Source: Candidatus Omnitrophota bacterium
GTDB taxonomy: Bacteria; Omnitrophota; Gorgyraeia; 2-01-FULL-45-10
Reading direction: 5' to 3'
Length of the DNA stretch: 64,000 nucleotides
Assembly: GCA_020057115.1 (NCBI GenBank)
Contig: JAGVGJ010000002.1
Coordinates: 857-64,856, forward strand
Made by a program: the position numbers and the translations under genes
Part shown: positions 19,033 through 28,799 of the stretch, piece after piece
Position numbering within the stretch: position 1 is the first letter of the stretch
Layout of the letters: each line of letters opens with the position of its first letter
The notes under the pieces: generated by a model
Seen by the model: the letters and a program-made list of their open reading frames with translations, nothing else
Databases searched by the model: none
What the model was told of the DNA's origin: nothing

Positions 19033-19590
19033 ATGGCTTTTTCTGCAAAAACGATCGAATATCTTATGAGACAGATAGTTCCATCCATAATAGCAGCTGC
19101 CATCCTGTCCTCGCTGCTCACTGCAATTCTCTTCCAGCCGGTGTCACTGGCCGTCTTTAAGCTTAGGGAGCCGTATTTTAAATACCCGATAAAGACAGCG
19201 GACGGGACGCTCACCATCCGCGAGGACGAGCTCGGAAGCGGCGAGTATGGCTCCAAAAGGGCCGGAGGGCGCGCCCATGACGGGATAGACATATTGGCCG
19301 ATGAAGGCACGCCGGTATGCGCCGCCAAAAGCGGCATAGCGTTCCGTCTTACTGTTCCCACCGGCTACGGGAAATATGTTATGATATATCATCCGGACCG
19401 TACGCAGAGCCTCTACAGCCACCTGAAGGATTACAATGTCATCTCCACGCAGAATGTCAGGCAGGGCGACGTCATAGGCTTCGTGGGAAAGACCGGAAAT
19501 GCGGGCGCCGCAATGATGCATGCGCACCTGCATTTCGAGATAAGAAAGAACGCCGTGTGCGTAGATCCAAAACCCCTCATGAGGAGATAG
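19033..19590 (+). CDS. M23 family metallopeptidase (LytM domain).
   Basis: HDGIDI...HLHFEI zinc-binding motifs. Confidence 0.75.
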   Translation: MAFSAKTIEYLMRQIVPSIIAAAILSSLLTAILFQPVSLAVFKLREPYFKYPIKTADGTLTIREDELGSGEYGSKRAGGRAHDGIDILADEGTPVCAAKSGIAFRLTVPTGYGKYVMIYHPDRTQSLYSHLKDYNVISTQNVRQGDVIGFVGKTGNAGAAMMHAHLHFEIRKNAVCVDPKPLMRR

Positions 19591-19591
19591 G

Positions 19592-20626
19592 ATGCATAAA
19601 AAACCTCCGGTCAAAAAGGATTGTTCCGCCAAAGGCTGTTACAAGTATGCGCTTGCCTTAAGCGAGCACTGCTGGGGCCATCTTCCCGATAAAAATGAGT
19701 ACCGGACGGCCCTTATCAAGGCCATCGACAGCGGGCAGGACTTGAGCGGAGAGAATCTTGAAAAGGTGGATCTAAGCGGCGCGCATATTGAAAAGGCGCT
19801 CCTATCAAGGGTGAACCTCTCGCAGGCGAACCTATCTGGAACACGGCTCTTCGATTCGAAGCTTGAGAACGCCGATCTGATAGGTGCCGATCTCACGGAT
19901 TCGGATCTTTCACATTGCGATATGCATGGTAGCGACCTCACGAAAGCAACGCTCGTCCGCGCGAGGTTGTGGAATACTGACCTGATGGGCTCTAACCTCA
20001 CGGAGGCAGACCTTTCCGGAGCGGATCTCTGGAGCGCGAAGCTATACAATGCCAGGTTGTGGCATACGACTTTCGCCGGAGCGAAATCTCTCGCCAAAAA
20101 GAATTTCTCTAAAGGCTCCGGCTCGCTCTCCAAGACCGTCATGATAAACGAGAGCGGCATTTTGTCTGCAGAAGAGGCCTATCGGGACCTTAAAGGATAC
20201 TTTATCTTGAACGGCATGTATAATGACGCCAGCTGGGCCGCCTTCAGGGAGAAGGCGATGGAACGCAAGATCTTCCTGAAGAGGGGCGACCTTAACTACA
20301 TACCAAGCCTTATCATGAACCTCTTGTGCGGATACGGCGAAAAACCTTACAGGATAATAATATCCGCCTTCGGCGCCATATGCCTCTTCGCGGCGCTCTA
20401 TGCGGCGCTCGGCTCCGTCCAGAACGCCTCGTCTCCGGACTATCTGATGAAGTGGAGCGATTACTTGTATTATTCCACCATAACATTCACGACCGTAGGA
20501 TACGGCGATTTTATCCCGAAACCCGGAACGCTATACAGGCTCCTGGCGGCGACCGAAGCATTCATGGGCATCTATGTGATGGGTCTTTTCATATTCACGC
20601 TGTCGAGGAAGTACTCGGGAAGGTAG
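19592..20626 (+). CDS. Fusion of a pentapeptide-repeat domain to a two-TM K+ channel pore.
   Basis: Tandem A(D/N)LxG pentapeptide repeats at residues 60-170. Canonical selectivity filter TTVGYGD flanked by two TM helices. Cys/His-rich N-terminus. Confidence 0.65.
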   Translation: MHKKPPVKKDCSAKGCYKYALALSEHCWGHLPDKNEYRTALIKAIDSGQDLSGENLEKVDLSGAHIEKALLSRVNLSQANLSGTRLFDSKLENADLIGADLTDSDLSHCDMHGSDLTKATLVRARLWNTDLMGSNLTEADLSGADLWSAKLYNARLWHTTFAGAKSLAKKNFSKGSGSLSKTVMINESGILSAEEAYRDLKGYFILNGMYNDASWAAFREKAMERKIFLKRGDLNYIPSLIMNLLCGYGEKPYRIIISAFGAICLFAALYAALGSVQNASSPDYLMKWSDYLYYSTITFTTVGYGDFIPKPGTLYRLLAATEAFMGIYVMGLFIFTLSRKYSGR

Positions 20627-20636
20627 CATAGCGGCT

Positions 20637-21620
20637 ATGGACGAGGGAAGAGGGAAGAGAGAGGAAAGAGGAATAAAAAAACTTGAGGCTGTCCGGAAAA
20701 CGAACGAGGCGCTGAAAGATTCCCTCAAAAACTGCAGGATATGCCCTCGCAAATGCGGGGTCGACAGGACTACAGGCTCGCTCGGATACTGCAGAGCGGG
20801 CGCGGAACCGATCGTCTACAGCTATTCGCCGCACCTTGGCGAAGAGCCGCCCATCTCCGGGACCCGTGGGTCCGGAACCATATTTTTCAGCCACTGCAAC
20901 ATGAAGTGCGTCTATTGCCAGAACTATTACTTCAGCCAGCTTGATAAAGGCGAGAAGGTCTCCGCTGAAAGACTCTCAAGGTTCATGCTCAAGCTCCAAA
21001 ACGAGGGATGCCACAACATTAATCTCGTAACGCCTACGCATTTCATGCCCCAGATAATGACAGCGCTGGAGCTCGCGCTTAAAGAAGGCCTCAGCATACC
21101 TATTGTTTATAACACGAGCGGATACGAACTCCCGGAGACGATAAAGCTCCTGGATGGGGTAGTCGATATATACCTGCCTGACATGCGATACTCCGCTAAT
21201 GAGGCGGCCAGGATATATTCCGACGCCCCGGATTATGTTGAGCGCGACCGGGCCAGCGTAAAGGAGATGTTCCGCCAGGTCGGCGACATGTCACTTGACG
21301 ATAACGGAGTAGCGTTAAAAGGCATCATAATAAGGCTCCTGGCCCTGCCGGAAGGCGTTTCAGGCACCATTGAAAGCTTAAGATTCATAAAGAACAGCAT
21401 ATCCCCGAATACATACTTAAGCATAATGAGCCAGTATTATCCTACGTTCAAAGCCTATAGCCACAGCCCGATCTCCCGACGGATAACTGCCGCCGAATAC
21501 AAGATTATTGTTGACGAGGCACATGAGTTGGGGTTAAATAATGGATGGATACAAGAAAGCCCCGAAGAAGAAGGCGGGCGCTTCCTGGGGACTAATATTA
21601 AACCTAAGACAGAGCTATAG
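20637..21620 (+). CDS. Radical SAM enzyme of the AmmeMemoRadiSam / PflA-like type.
   Basis: CRICPRKC...GYC N-terminal cluster and CNMKCVYCQNYYFS radical SAM motif. No AMMECR1 or MEMO1 partner gene in the window. Confidence 0.55.
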   Translation: MDEGRGKREERGIKKLEAVRKTNEALKDSLKNCRICPRKCGVDRTTGSLGYCRAGAEPIVYSYSPHLGEEPPISGTRGSGTIFFSHCNMKCVYCQNYYFSQLDKGEKVSAERLSRFMLKLQNEGCHNINLVTPTHFMPQIMTALELALKEGLSIPIVYNTSGYELPETIKLLDGVVDIYLPDMRYSANEAARIYSDAPDYVERDRASVKEMFRQVGDMSLDDNGVALKGIIIRLLALPEGVSGTIESLRFIKNSISPNTYLSIMSQYYPTFKAYSHSPISRRITAAEYKIIVDEAHELGLNNGWIQESPEEEGGRFLGTNIKPKTEL

Positions 21621-21623
21621 AAG

Positions 21624-22343
21624 ATGCCTACGAAAAAGACCTCCAAGACTAACGCAACGCAAGCGAAGCATATAGAAGCGATAACCAAGGTATCGAGGTC
21701 CATAACCTCGAACCTCTCCCTTGACGACATACTGAAACTCATAGTCACTGTCACCGCCGAAACTATGAACTCCAAGATATGCTCTCTCATGCTCTTGAAC
21801 GAAAAAGAAGGCGCGCTGGTCCTGAAAGCCACCCAGTCCATGAGCGACACATATAACAAGAAGCCGCCGCTAAAGCTCGGTGAGGGCATAGCCGGCAAGG
21901 TCGCTCTTCTGAATAAACCTATCGTGGTATACGACATATCGAAGGAATCGGAATATAAGTTCAAGGACATAGCCAAGAACGAGGGGCTGAAGTCGCTCCT
22001 ATCGGTGCCGATCGCCGTAAAGGGGCGCGTCATCGGAGCCCTCAACAACTATACGTCATTCGCGCACAAATTCACCGAAGATGAGATAAGCCTCCTTACG
22101 ACCATCGCCAATCAGGCGGCTATATTGATAGAGAACGCGGACCTCATGGTGAAGACCAGGACCATACAGGAAGAGCTTGAGACCAGGAAATTGATCGAAC
22201 GGGCCAAGGGGATACTGATGCGCGAGCAGAGCTTGAGCGAAGAAGATGCATTCCGCAAAATACAGAAGGAGAGCATGGACCTCAGGAAATCTATGCGCGA
22301 GATCGCGGAGGCCGTGATACTGATATCGAAGATGAAAAAATAG
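21624..22343 (+). CDS. GAF-ANTAR RNA-binding antitermination regulator.
   Basis: N-terminal GAF domain. C-terminal ANTAR helix motif (IERAKGILMREQSLSEEDAFRKIQKESM). Confidence 0.7.
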   Translation: MPTKKTSKTNATQAKHIEAITKVSRSITSNLSLDDILKLIVTVTAETMNSKICSLMLLNEKEGALVLKATQSMSDTYNKKPPLKLGEGIAGKVALLNKPIVVYDISKESEYKFKDIAKNEGLKSLLSVPIAVKGRVIGALNNYTSFAHKFTEDEISLLTTIANQAAILIENADLMVKTRTIQEELETRKLIERAKGILMREQSLSEEDAFRKIQKESMDLRKSMREIAEAVILISKMKK

Positions 22344-22346
22344 CTC

Positions 22347-22375
22347 TTGACGAGGCCGCGCAACTATGGTATACT
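22347..22375 (+). promoter_or_regulatory. Sigma70-type promoter (TTGACG-N17-TATACT) upstream of nadE.
   Basis: Read from the sequence. Confidence 0.45.
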
Positions 22376-22499
22376 TATTATGTAATGAAAGACAGCGAAG
22401 TCTTCTGGCAATGATCGCCGGAAGGCTTTTTATATTTACAAGGACTCAGGCGTCCGGATCCATTGATGGATTTAGGGCGCTTTCTGTTTATACGATAAG

Positions 22500-24188
22500 G
22501 TGAATACGATGGGAAAGCACATACGCATAGCGATAGCGCAGATCAATCTGACGGTCGGGGATATAGACGGCAATGTCAAGAAGATGGAGGAATACGTCCA
22601 GAAGGCCCGGACGCTTGCAGCCGACATTGTCGTATTCCCGGAGCTGGCGATACCGGGTTATCCTCCCGAGGACCTGCTGCATAAGGAGAGGTTCGTCGAT
22701 GACAATATCGCGGCGCTGAAGAAGTTCGCAAAAAGCGCGGAAGATATCCTAGTGGTTGCGGGTTTCGCCGATAAGAGGGCAGGAGATATATTCAATTCCG
22801 CGGCCGTCATATATAAAGGACATGTAAAAGGAATATATGACAAGGTATTCCTTCCGAATTACGGAGTATTTGACGAACGCAGATATTTCAAACCCGGACA
22901 GGAGGCTTCGGTCTTCAGAGCCGGGGACATGACTTTCGGGGTGAATATATGCGAGGATATATGGCATAAGGGCGGGCCGACCAAGGCGCAGGCGGCGTCC
23001 GGAGCCAGGCTTATAATAAACATAAACGCGTCTCCATATTATGCCGGAAAGACCAGGGAGAGGGAAGACGTCGTAAAAGAACGGGCGAAAGATAGCGGGG
23101 CATTCATCGTATACGCTAACCTGGTAGGAGGCCAGGACGAACTCGTATTCGACGGCCAGAGCATGGTCGTGGACAATGCGGGTAAAGTGCTGTGCCGGGC
23201 CGAGGCATTTAAAGAGGAGCTTCTGGTAGCAGATATCGAGTTGCCTGAAAACGGTTTAAAGGCAGCCGCAAAAGCGATAGTCGTAGCTGATAAAATGGAA
23301 ACCAGGACCAAGCCGTCAGCGGTCAAGAAAGATGCCAAGCCGCTTGAGCCGGTCGCTGAAGTGTATCAGGCCCTTACCGCAGGCCTTAAAGACTATGTAG
23401 CAAAGAATGGTTTTAAAAAAGTAGCCATAGGTTTAAGCGGTGGGATAGATTCGGCTTTAGTTGCCGCCATTGCCGTTGACGCGCTGGGCAAGGAGAATGT
23501 AAGCGGAGTATTTATGCCCACGCGATATTCATCCGAGGATTCTGAAATAGACGCAAAAGCGCTCGCAGCAAACTTAGGCATAAATTTCATGGATATATCC
23601 ATAGAGCACATATTCAAGATATATCTCATGACCCTTGAGCCGCATTTTGCGGGCAAAGAGCGTGACATAACGGAAGAGAACATACAGGCCAGGATAAGGG
23701 GTAATATAATGATGGCCCTCTCTAATAAATTCGGATGGCTGGTCCTGACGACAGGAAACAAGTCCGAGATGTCAACCGGCTATGCCACGCTTTATGGAGA
23801 CATGGCAGGCGGCTTCGCGGTCATAAAGGATGTCCCGAAGACGCTGGTCTATAAGCTGGCCAAATACAGGAACGGCATCTCGAAAGTCATACCGGACAGG
23901 ATCATAACAAAAGCTCCTACCGCGGAACTAAGGCCTGACCAGAAGGACCAGGACACCCTTCCGCCGTATGAGACGTTGGATGCGATATTAAAGGCATATA
24001 TAGAGGAAGACAGAGACCTTAAAGAGATAGTTGCCATGGGCTTCAATAAAGAGACAGTGCTGAAAGTCTCTAACATGGTAGATAAGAGTGAATACAAAAG
24101 GAGGCAGTCGCCTCCAGGTATTAAGATAACTCCCAAAGCATTCGGCAGGGACAGGCGGATGCCGATAACGAATAAGTACAAGCAATAA
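22500..24188 (+). CDS. nadE: Glutamine-dependent NAD+ synthetase (CN-hydrolase domain plus NAD synthase domain).
   Basis: N-terminal nitrilase-like domain (FPELAIPGY). C-terminal PP-loop SGGIDS. Confidence 0.85.
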   Translation: MNTMGKHIRIAIAQINLTVGDIDGNVKKMEEYVQKARTLAADIVVFPELAIPGYPPEDLLHKERFVDDNIAALKKFAKSAEDILVVAGFADKRAGDIFNSAAVIYKGHVKGIYDKVFLPNYGVFDERRYFKPGQEASVFRAGDMTFGVNICEDIWHKGGPTKAQAASGARLIININASPYYAGKTREREDVVKERAKDSGAFIVYANLVGGQDELVFDGQSMVVDNAGKVLCRAEAFKEELLVADIELPENGLKAAAKAIVVADKMETRTKPSAVKKDAKPLEPVAEVYQALTAGLKDYVAKNGFKKVAIGLSGGIDSALVAAIAVDALGKENVSGVFMPTRYSSEDSEIDAKALAANLGINFMDISIEHIFKIYLMTLEPHFAGKERDITEENIQARIRGNIMMALSNKFGWLVLTTGNKSEMSTGYATLYGDMAGGFAVIKDVPKTLVYKLAKYRNGISKVIPDRIITKAPTAELRPDQKDQDTLPPYETLDAILKAYIEEDRDLKEIVAMGFNKETVLKVSNMVDKSEYKRRQSPPGIKITPKAFGRDRRMPITNKYKQ

Positions 24189-24213
24189 TCTATCTAAGTA
24201 AGATAGCAACAAG

Positions 24214-24255
24214 GACAAGGATGCCCTTTCATGCGCCAAGAGAAGCGCGCGAAAG
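24214..24255 (+). terminator. Rho-independent terminator after nadE.
   Basis: CCCTTTC...GAAAGGG stem followed by T6. Confidence 0.6.
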
Positions 24256-24286
24256 GGTTTTTTATTTATAAGGCAGGTGATCTTCA

Positions 24287-24826
24287 ATGTATGAAACATT
24301 TGATGCAATGATGGCCAGGCTTTCACCGACACTTAAGCGGATAACGCACAGGATGAACGGCCATTTCACGTTCTTCAGTGATGACGACCTCTACCAGGAG
24401 GCTGTGATGCACCTCTGGATAGATTATCAGCATGACGTTTTGGGCGATAAGACGGATAGCTATATCCTCCAAGGGTGTTATTATTATCTGAAGAATTATC
24501 TTCGCATGACGCTTGATAAGGCAAAGATGGTAAGCCTATATAAGCTCATAGACGAAGACGACTGCACACTTGAAGATGTTATTACGATAAAAGGTAGGAC
24601 CGCCATGGATGCAGCGGAAGAGAGAATCATCGTTGATGACGCCACGCTTAATGGATTGACCGATAGGGAGAAAGAGGTGCTCACGCTCTCCATGGAGGGA
24701 TCAACAGTTCGCGAAATAGGTGAAAAACTTGGGATCTCTCATGTTATGGTAGTAAAATTAAGGGGCAAGTTGAAAGAGAAATACGCCAAGCTGAAGGGCG
24801 AACTGAAGAACGAGGTTACCAAATAG
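24287..24826 (+). CDS. Sigma-70-family-like protein (region 2 and region 4 HTH).
   Basis: C-terminal HTH (LTDREKEVLTLSMEGSTVREIGEKLGISHVMVVKL). Its last codons contain the GTTACCAAAT half of the conserved nitrogen box. Confidence 0.4.
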   Translation: MYETFDAMMARLSPTLKRITHRMNGHFTFFSDDDLYQEAVMHLWIDYQHDVLGDKTDSYILQGCYYYLKNYLRMTLDKAKMVSLYKLIDEDDCTLEDVITIKGRTAMDAAEERIIVDDATLNGLTDREKEVLTLSMEGSTVREIGEKLGISHVMVVKLRGKLKEKYAKLKGELKNEVTK

Positions 24827-24887
24827 CGCATATCTTTACTTGTATAGTTGTAAAAGCTGTAAAACACATTGTTGTGTAGCAAACACA

Positions 24888-24920
24888 GGCGTTCGTAGAT
24901 GAGAACGCCATATTTATTTA
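24888..24920 (+). terminator. Intrinsic terminator-like hairpin (GGCGTTC / GAACGCC) with a weak U-tract; first of two in tandem.
   Basis: Read from the sequence. Its 5' arm is part of the conserved AACAnnGGCGTTC motif. Confidence 0.45.
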
Positions 24921-24927
24921 GACGGTG

Positions 24928-24970
24928 ACGTCTTTCAATTCCATCGATGGATGAAAGACGTTTTTTATTT
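24928..24970 (+). terminator. Strong intrinsic terminator (ACGTCTTTCA / TGAAAGACGT, inner TCCATCGATGGA palindrome, T6).
   Basis: Read from the sequence. Confidence 0.6.
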
Positions 24971-24995
24971 ATAGTAATAAAAAAAGGGGCGTGAT

Positions 24996-25757
24996 ATGCG
25001 GGAACTTATAAACAGGATAATAATATCTAGCTTGGCGATAATGCTATCGTGCTTGGCGGTGAATGAGGCGCATTCAACGGCTTCCACGCACATATGGGCG
25101 CCATCTACTGACACTCAGGACTGGAAAACCGGACATGTCACTGCAGACATATATGTACCTGTAGAGACAAATCGCGATGGATCTAGGGCTCGAACGATCA
25201 CGGACGAGGGGCTAGAATTCGGTTTATTGCCGTTCAACAAGCTGAGGGCGGAAGCAGGTTTTGACTTTAAGACAGGATATGGCGACCTGGACAGCTGGCC
25301 AATGTACTTTAACGGAAAGCTCGCTATACCGGAAGACTCGTACGGCAAATTCTTCCCCGCAATAGCGATCGGCGTATATGACGTGGGAACAAGAAATGCG
25401 AAGACCAATTTTGATGTCTTCTATATAAAAGCGGCAAAGACCATTAAAGTGAAGGACCTTAACCTCGGCAGATTCTCTTTGGGATACTTCTGGGGCAACA
25501 ATGAACTTCTCCTTAATAAAGACGGCGCCAGGGACAATGAGGGCGTCTTCTGGGCCTGGGAGAGGACTATGACAGAGATAAACGACAAGCTGTGGGTCTG
25601 CATCGAATACCAGGCAACCGAATCTATCTATGGCGCATTCAACCTGGGCGGCTCATGGCAGTTTACGAAGAATATCTCTGTTCTCGGAGGTTATCAGTTT
25701 TATAATAACAAGAATTACGCCGATACATTCACTGTACAAGTAGACATAAACTTTTAA
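24996..25757 (+). CDS. Putative outer-membrane beta-barrel porin-like protein encoded directly upstream of amt.
   Basis: Signal peptide, alternating amphipathic strands, C-terminal ...VDINF with terminal Phe. Confidence 0.4.
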   Translation: MRELINRIIISSLAIMLSCLAVNEAHSTASTHIWAPSTDTQDWKTGHVTADIYVPVETNRDGSRARTITDEGLEFGLLPFNKLRAEAGFDFKTGYGDLDSWPMYFNGKLAIPEDSYGKFFPAIAIGVYDVGTRNAKTNFDVFYIKAAKTIKVKDLNLGRFSLGYFWGNNELLLNKDGARDNEGVFWAWERTMTEINDKLWVCIEYQATESIYGAFNLGGSWQFTKNISVLGGYQFYNNKNYADTFTVQVDINF

Positions 25758-25769
25758 CATGAAAGGAGA

Positions 25770-27014
25770 GTGGTTCAAATGATAAATTCTGGTGATGTTG
25801 CCTGGATCTTAGTGTCAACGGCGCTTGTCATGATGATGACGGCTCCGGGCTTGGCGTTCTTTTACGGCGGCCTGGTGAGGAGAAAGAACGTGCTCGCAAC
25901 AATGATGCAATCGTTCTTTGTGTTGTGTCTGATAAGCATTCAATGGATATTGTGGGGTTACAGCCTGGCGTTCGGGCCTGACAAGGGGCATCTTATAGGA
26001 AGCCTTGCATGGTTCGGTTTAAAGGGCGTGGGAATGGCCCCTAACCCTGATTATGCCTCTACGATACCGCATCTCTTATTTATGGCATACCAGATGATGT
26101 TCGCGGTCATCACGCCCGGGCTTATCACGGGAGCTTTTGCCGAAAGGATGAAATTCTCCGGCTACGTGATATTTACCTTATTATGGGCAACGCTCGTCTA
26201 TGACCCTGTTTGCCACTGGGTGTGGGGTATGGGTGGCTGGTTAAGAAATATGGGCGCGCTCGATTTCGCCGGGGGCACGGTCGTCCATGTCTCATCCGGA
26301 ATATCAGCTCTTGTATGCGCCTTATATTTAGGTAAGAGGCGCGGCTATGGCAAAGAACCGATGCCTCCTCACAACCTTCCTCTTACGATACTGGGTGCCT
26401 CATTATTATGGTTCGGATGGTTCGGGTTTAATGCCGGCAGCGCGCTAGGGGCAAATGAGCTTGCAGTATCTGCATTTATTGCGACAAATACAGCCGCAGC
26501 TGCAGCAGCTCTTACGTGGATGTTCATAGAATGGAAGGCCATAGGTAAACCCACGATCCTAGGCGGTGCAACAGGCGCAGTTGCAGGCCTCGTCGCCATA
26601 ACGCCAGCGGCAGGTTTCGTAACGCCGCTCTCCTCCATACTTATAGGCGTAGCGGTCGCATTCGTCTGCTACGCGGCGGTCGCCATAATAAAGCTCAAGC
26701 TTGCGTATGATGATTCGCTCGACGCATTCGGCGTCCACGGTGTAGGAGGAACCCTTGGCGCGCTCCTTACAGGACTATTCGCTCAAAAGATAGTGAATCC
26801 GGCAGGCAACAACGGGCTATTCTTCGGCAATCCGGCGCAGTTCGCGATACAAGCAACCGGTGTACTGGCCACCATGGCCTATTCAATAGTAGTGACTTTC
26901 ATCCTATTGAAAGCCATTGATGCCCTTATAGGCATCAGGGTCACTGATGAGGATGAGACTGTCGGCCTCGACATAACGCAACATGAAGAGTCGGCGTATA
27001 CGCTCTTAGACTAA
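25770..27014 (+). CDS. amt: Ammonium transporter (Amt family), copy 1.
   Basis: Canonical Amt motifs (DFAGGTVVH, GAxLxG). 414 aa. Confidence 0.9.
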   Translation: MVQMINSGDVAWILVSTALVMMMTAPGLAFFYGGLVRRKNVLATMMQSFFVLCLISIQWILWGYSLAFGPDKGHLIGSLAWFGLKGVGMAPNPDYASTIPHLLFMAYQMMFAVITPGLITGAFAERMKFSGYVIFTLLWATLVYDPVCHWVWGMGGWLRNMGALDFAGGTVVHVSSGISALVCALYLGKRRGYGKEPMPPHNLPLTILGASLLWFGWFGFNAGSALGANELAVSAFIATNTAAAAAALTWMFIEWKAIGKPTILGGATGAVAGLVAITPAAGFVTPLSSILIGVAVAFVCYAAVAIIKLKLAYDDSLDAFGVHGVGGTLGALLTGLFAQKIVNPAGNNGLFFGNPAQFAIQATGVLATMAYSIVVTFILLKAIDALIGIRVTDEDETVGLDITQHEESAYTLLD

Positions 27015-27031
27015 TATAAGGAGAATGATGC

Positions 27032-27373
27032 ATGAAACTCGTGATCGCAATTATACAGCCTCACAAACTGGAAGATGTCCTGCATGAGCTGGATACCAGA
27101 GAGATCTATCTTAGGACCGTCTCGAATGTCCTGGGCTGCGGCAGGCAGAAGGGGCGCACAGAAGTATATAGAGGAAGGAAAGAGACCGGCAACCTCCTCA
27201 AGAAGGTCCGCCTCGAGATCGCCGTGAACGAAAAATTCGTCACTCCTACGATCGAGGCCATAGCAAAAGGAGCCCGCACGGGAAACATAGGAGACGGTAA
27301 GATATTCGTTGTGGACCTTGGCCAATGCATAAGGATAAGGACCGGCGAAACCGACGGGGAAGCGATCGGATAA
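27032..27373 (+). CDS. glnK: Nitrogen regulatory protein P-II (GlnK-type, amt-linked), copy 1.
   Basis: 113 aa. T-loop RGRKETGNL (where Tyr-51 would be uridylylated in E. coli, this protein has Glu; YRG is present in the preceding turn). Confidence 0.9.
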   Translation: MKLVIAIIQPHKLEDVLHELDTREIYLRTVSNVLGCGRQKGRTEVYRGRKETGNLLKKVRLEIAVNEKFVTPTIEAIAKGARTGNIGDGKIFVVDLGQCIRIRTGETDGEAIG

Positions 27374-27418
27374 TAATTAGTGGTTACCAAAAGACTACGC
27401 ATTTTACTTGTATATCAA

Positions 27419-27492
27419 ACACAGCGTAGTGTAGTGAAAAGAACAGAGGCGTTCAATTTGGTTTTATGACTAAATTGGGCGCCTCTTTTTTT
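27419..27492 (+). promoter_or_regulatory. ANTAR-type dual hexaloop hairpin element overlapping an intrinsic terminator (leader of amt-2).
   Basis: Hairpin 1 is ACAC-AGCGTA-GTGT and hairpin 2 is GAAC-AGAGGC-GTTC; both loops have A at position 1 and G at position 4. The terminator is AGAGGCG...CGCCTC followed by T7, and its 5' arm overlaps hairpin 2. Confidence 0.55.
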
Positions 27493-27544
27493 GCTCAATT
27501 TTTACTCAATTGAATACGCAGTTGAATAAAAAGAAAGGGATAAT

Positions 27545-28780
27545 ATGATCAATTCCGGAGATACTGCCTGGATCTTAGTATCGACCGCTCTTGTCATGCT
27601 GATGACGATACCCGGTTTAGCGCTATTTTACGGAGGCTTGGTCCGCAGGAAGAATGTCCTTGCCACCATGATGCAGTCATTCTTCGTATTGTGCCTGATA
27701 AGCATTCAGTGGGTACTTTTCGGCTATACGCTTTCATTCGGTCCGGACAAGGGACATATAATAGGTAACCTTGCATGGCTCGGCTTAAAAGGGGTAAGTA
27801 TCATCCCCAACGCCGATTACGCGCCCACGATACCGCACATCCTGTTCATGGCCTATCAGATGATGTTCGCGGTGATCACTCCCGGGCTCATAACAGGCGC
27901 GTTCGCTGAGAGGATGAAATTCTCAAGCTATGTGGCCTTTACCTTATTATGGGCAACACTCGTCTATAACCCCGTATGCCACTGGGTCTGGGGGACCGGA
28001 GGATGGCTCAAAACTCACGGAGTGCTCGATTTTGCAGGAGGGATAGTCGTCCACGTCACTTCGGGATTCTCGGCCCTTGCTTGCGCGCTCATCATGGGGA
28101 AGAGGCGCGGTTATGGCCGCGAGCCTATGCCGCCGCATAACCTGCCCCTTACAATAATAGGCGCAGGCCTCTTGTGGTTCGGATGGTTCGGATTTAATGC
28201 GGGCAGCGCTCTTGCGGCAAATGGCATTGCCGCAACAACATTTGTGGTAACCAATACTGCGGCTGCGGCTGCCGGGCTCACCTGGATGCTTATCGAGTGG
28301 AAAATAACGGGAAAACCCACCATACTGGGCGGGGCTACGGGGGCGGTCGCGGGACTTGCCACAATAACCCCGGCTTCAGGATTTGTCTCGCCGCTCTCCG
28401 CCATTTTAATAGGCATAGCCGCTTCCTCGATATGCTATACAGCCGTGGCTATTATCAAGCTAAAGTTCGCTTATGACGATTCATTGGATGCTTTCGGCGT
28501 CCACGGGATCGGAGGCGCGGTAGGCACGTTATCGGTAGGCCTCTTCGCGCAGAAACTTATCAACCCTTCAGGGAACGACGGGTTATTCTTCGGCAATGCT
28601 TCGCTATTCATCACGCAGGCGCTCGGAGTAATTGCGGTCATAGCTTATTCGGTAGGCCTCACGCTCATCATTTTGAAAGTCCTCGATGCGACTATAGGCT
28701 TAAGGGTGACGGATGAGGAGGAGGTTGTAGGTTTAGATATAACGCAGCATGAGGAGTCGGCGTATACTTTATTGGATTAA
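27545..28780 (+). CDS. amt: Ammonium transporter (Amt family), copy 2.
   Basis: Paralogue of copy 1 with a conserved core. 411 aa. Confidence 0.9.
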   Translation: MINSGDTAWILVSTALVMLMTIPGLALFYGGLVRRKNVLATMMQSFFVLCLISIQWVLFGYTLSFGPDKGHIIGNLAWLGLKGVSIIPNADYAPTIPHILFMAYQMMFAVITPGLITGAFAERMKFSSYVAFTLLWATLVYNPVCHWVWGTGGWLKTHGVLDFAGGIVVHVTSGFSALACALIMGKRRGYGREPMPPHNLPLTIIGAGLLWFGWFGFNAGSALAANGIAATTFVVTNTAAAAAGLTWMLIEWKITGKPTILGGATGAVAGLATITPASGFVSPLSAILIGIAASSICYTAVAIIKLKFAYDDSLDAFGVHGIGGAVGTLSVGLFAQKLINPSGNDGLFFGNASLFITQALGVIAVIAYSVGLTLIILKVLDATIGLRVTDEEEVVGLDITQHEESAYTLLD

Positions 28781-28799
28781 TATATAAGGAGGATCGAAT

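Noticed and set aside
22344-22499. An NAD+ riboswitch upstream of nadE.
   Set aside because: The class I nadA motif is associated with nadA, and no tandem bulged stems with the conserved ACANCCCC-like elements were seen. Only a near-palindrome TCCATTGATGGA and a sigma70 promoter are present.
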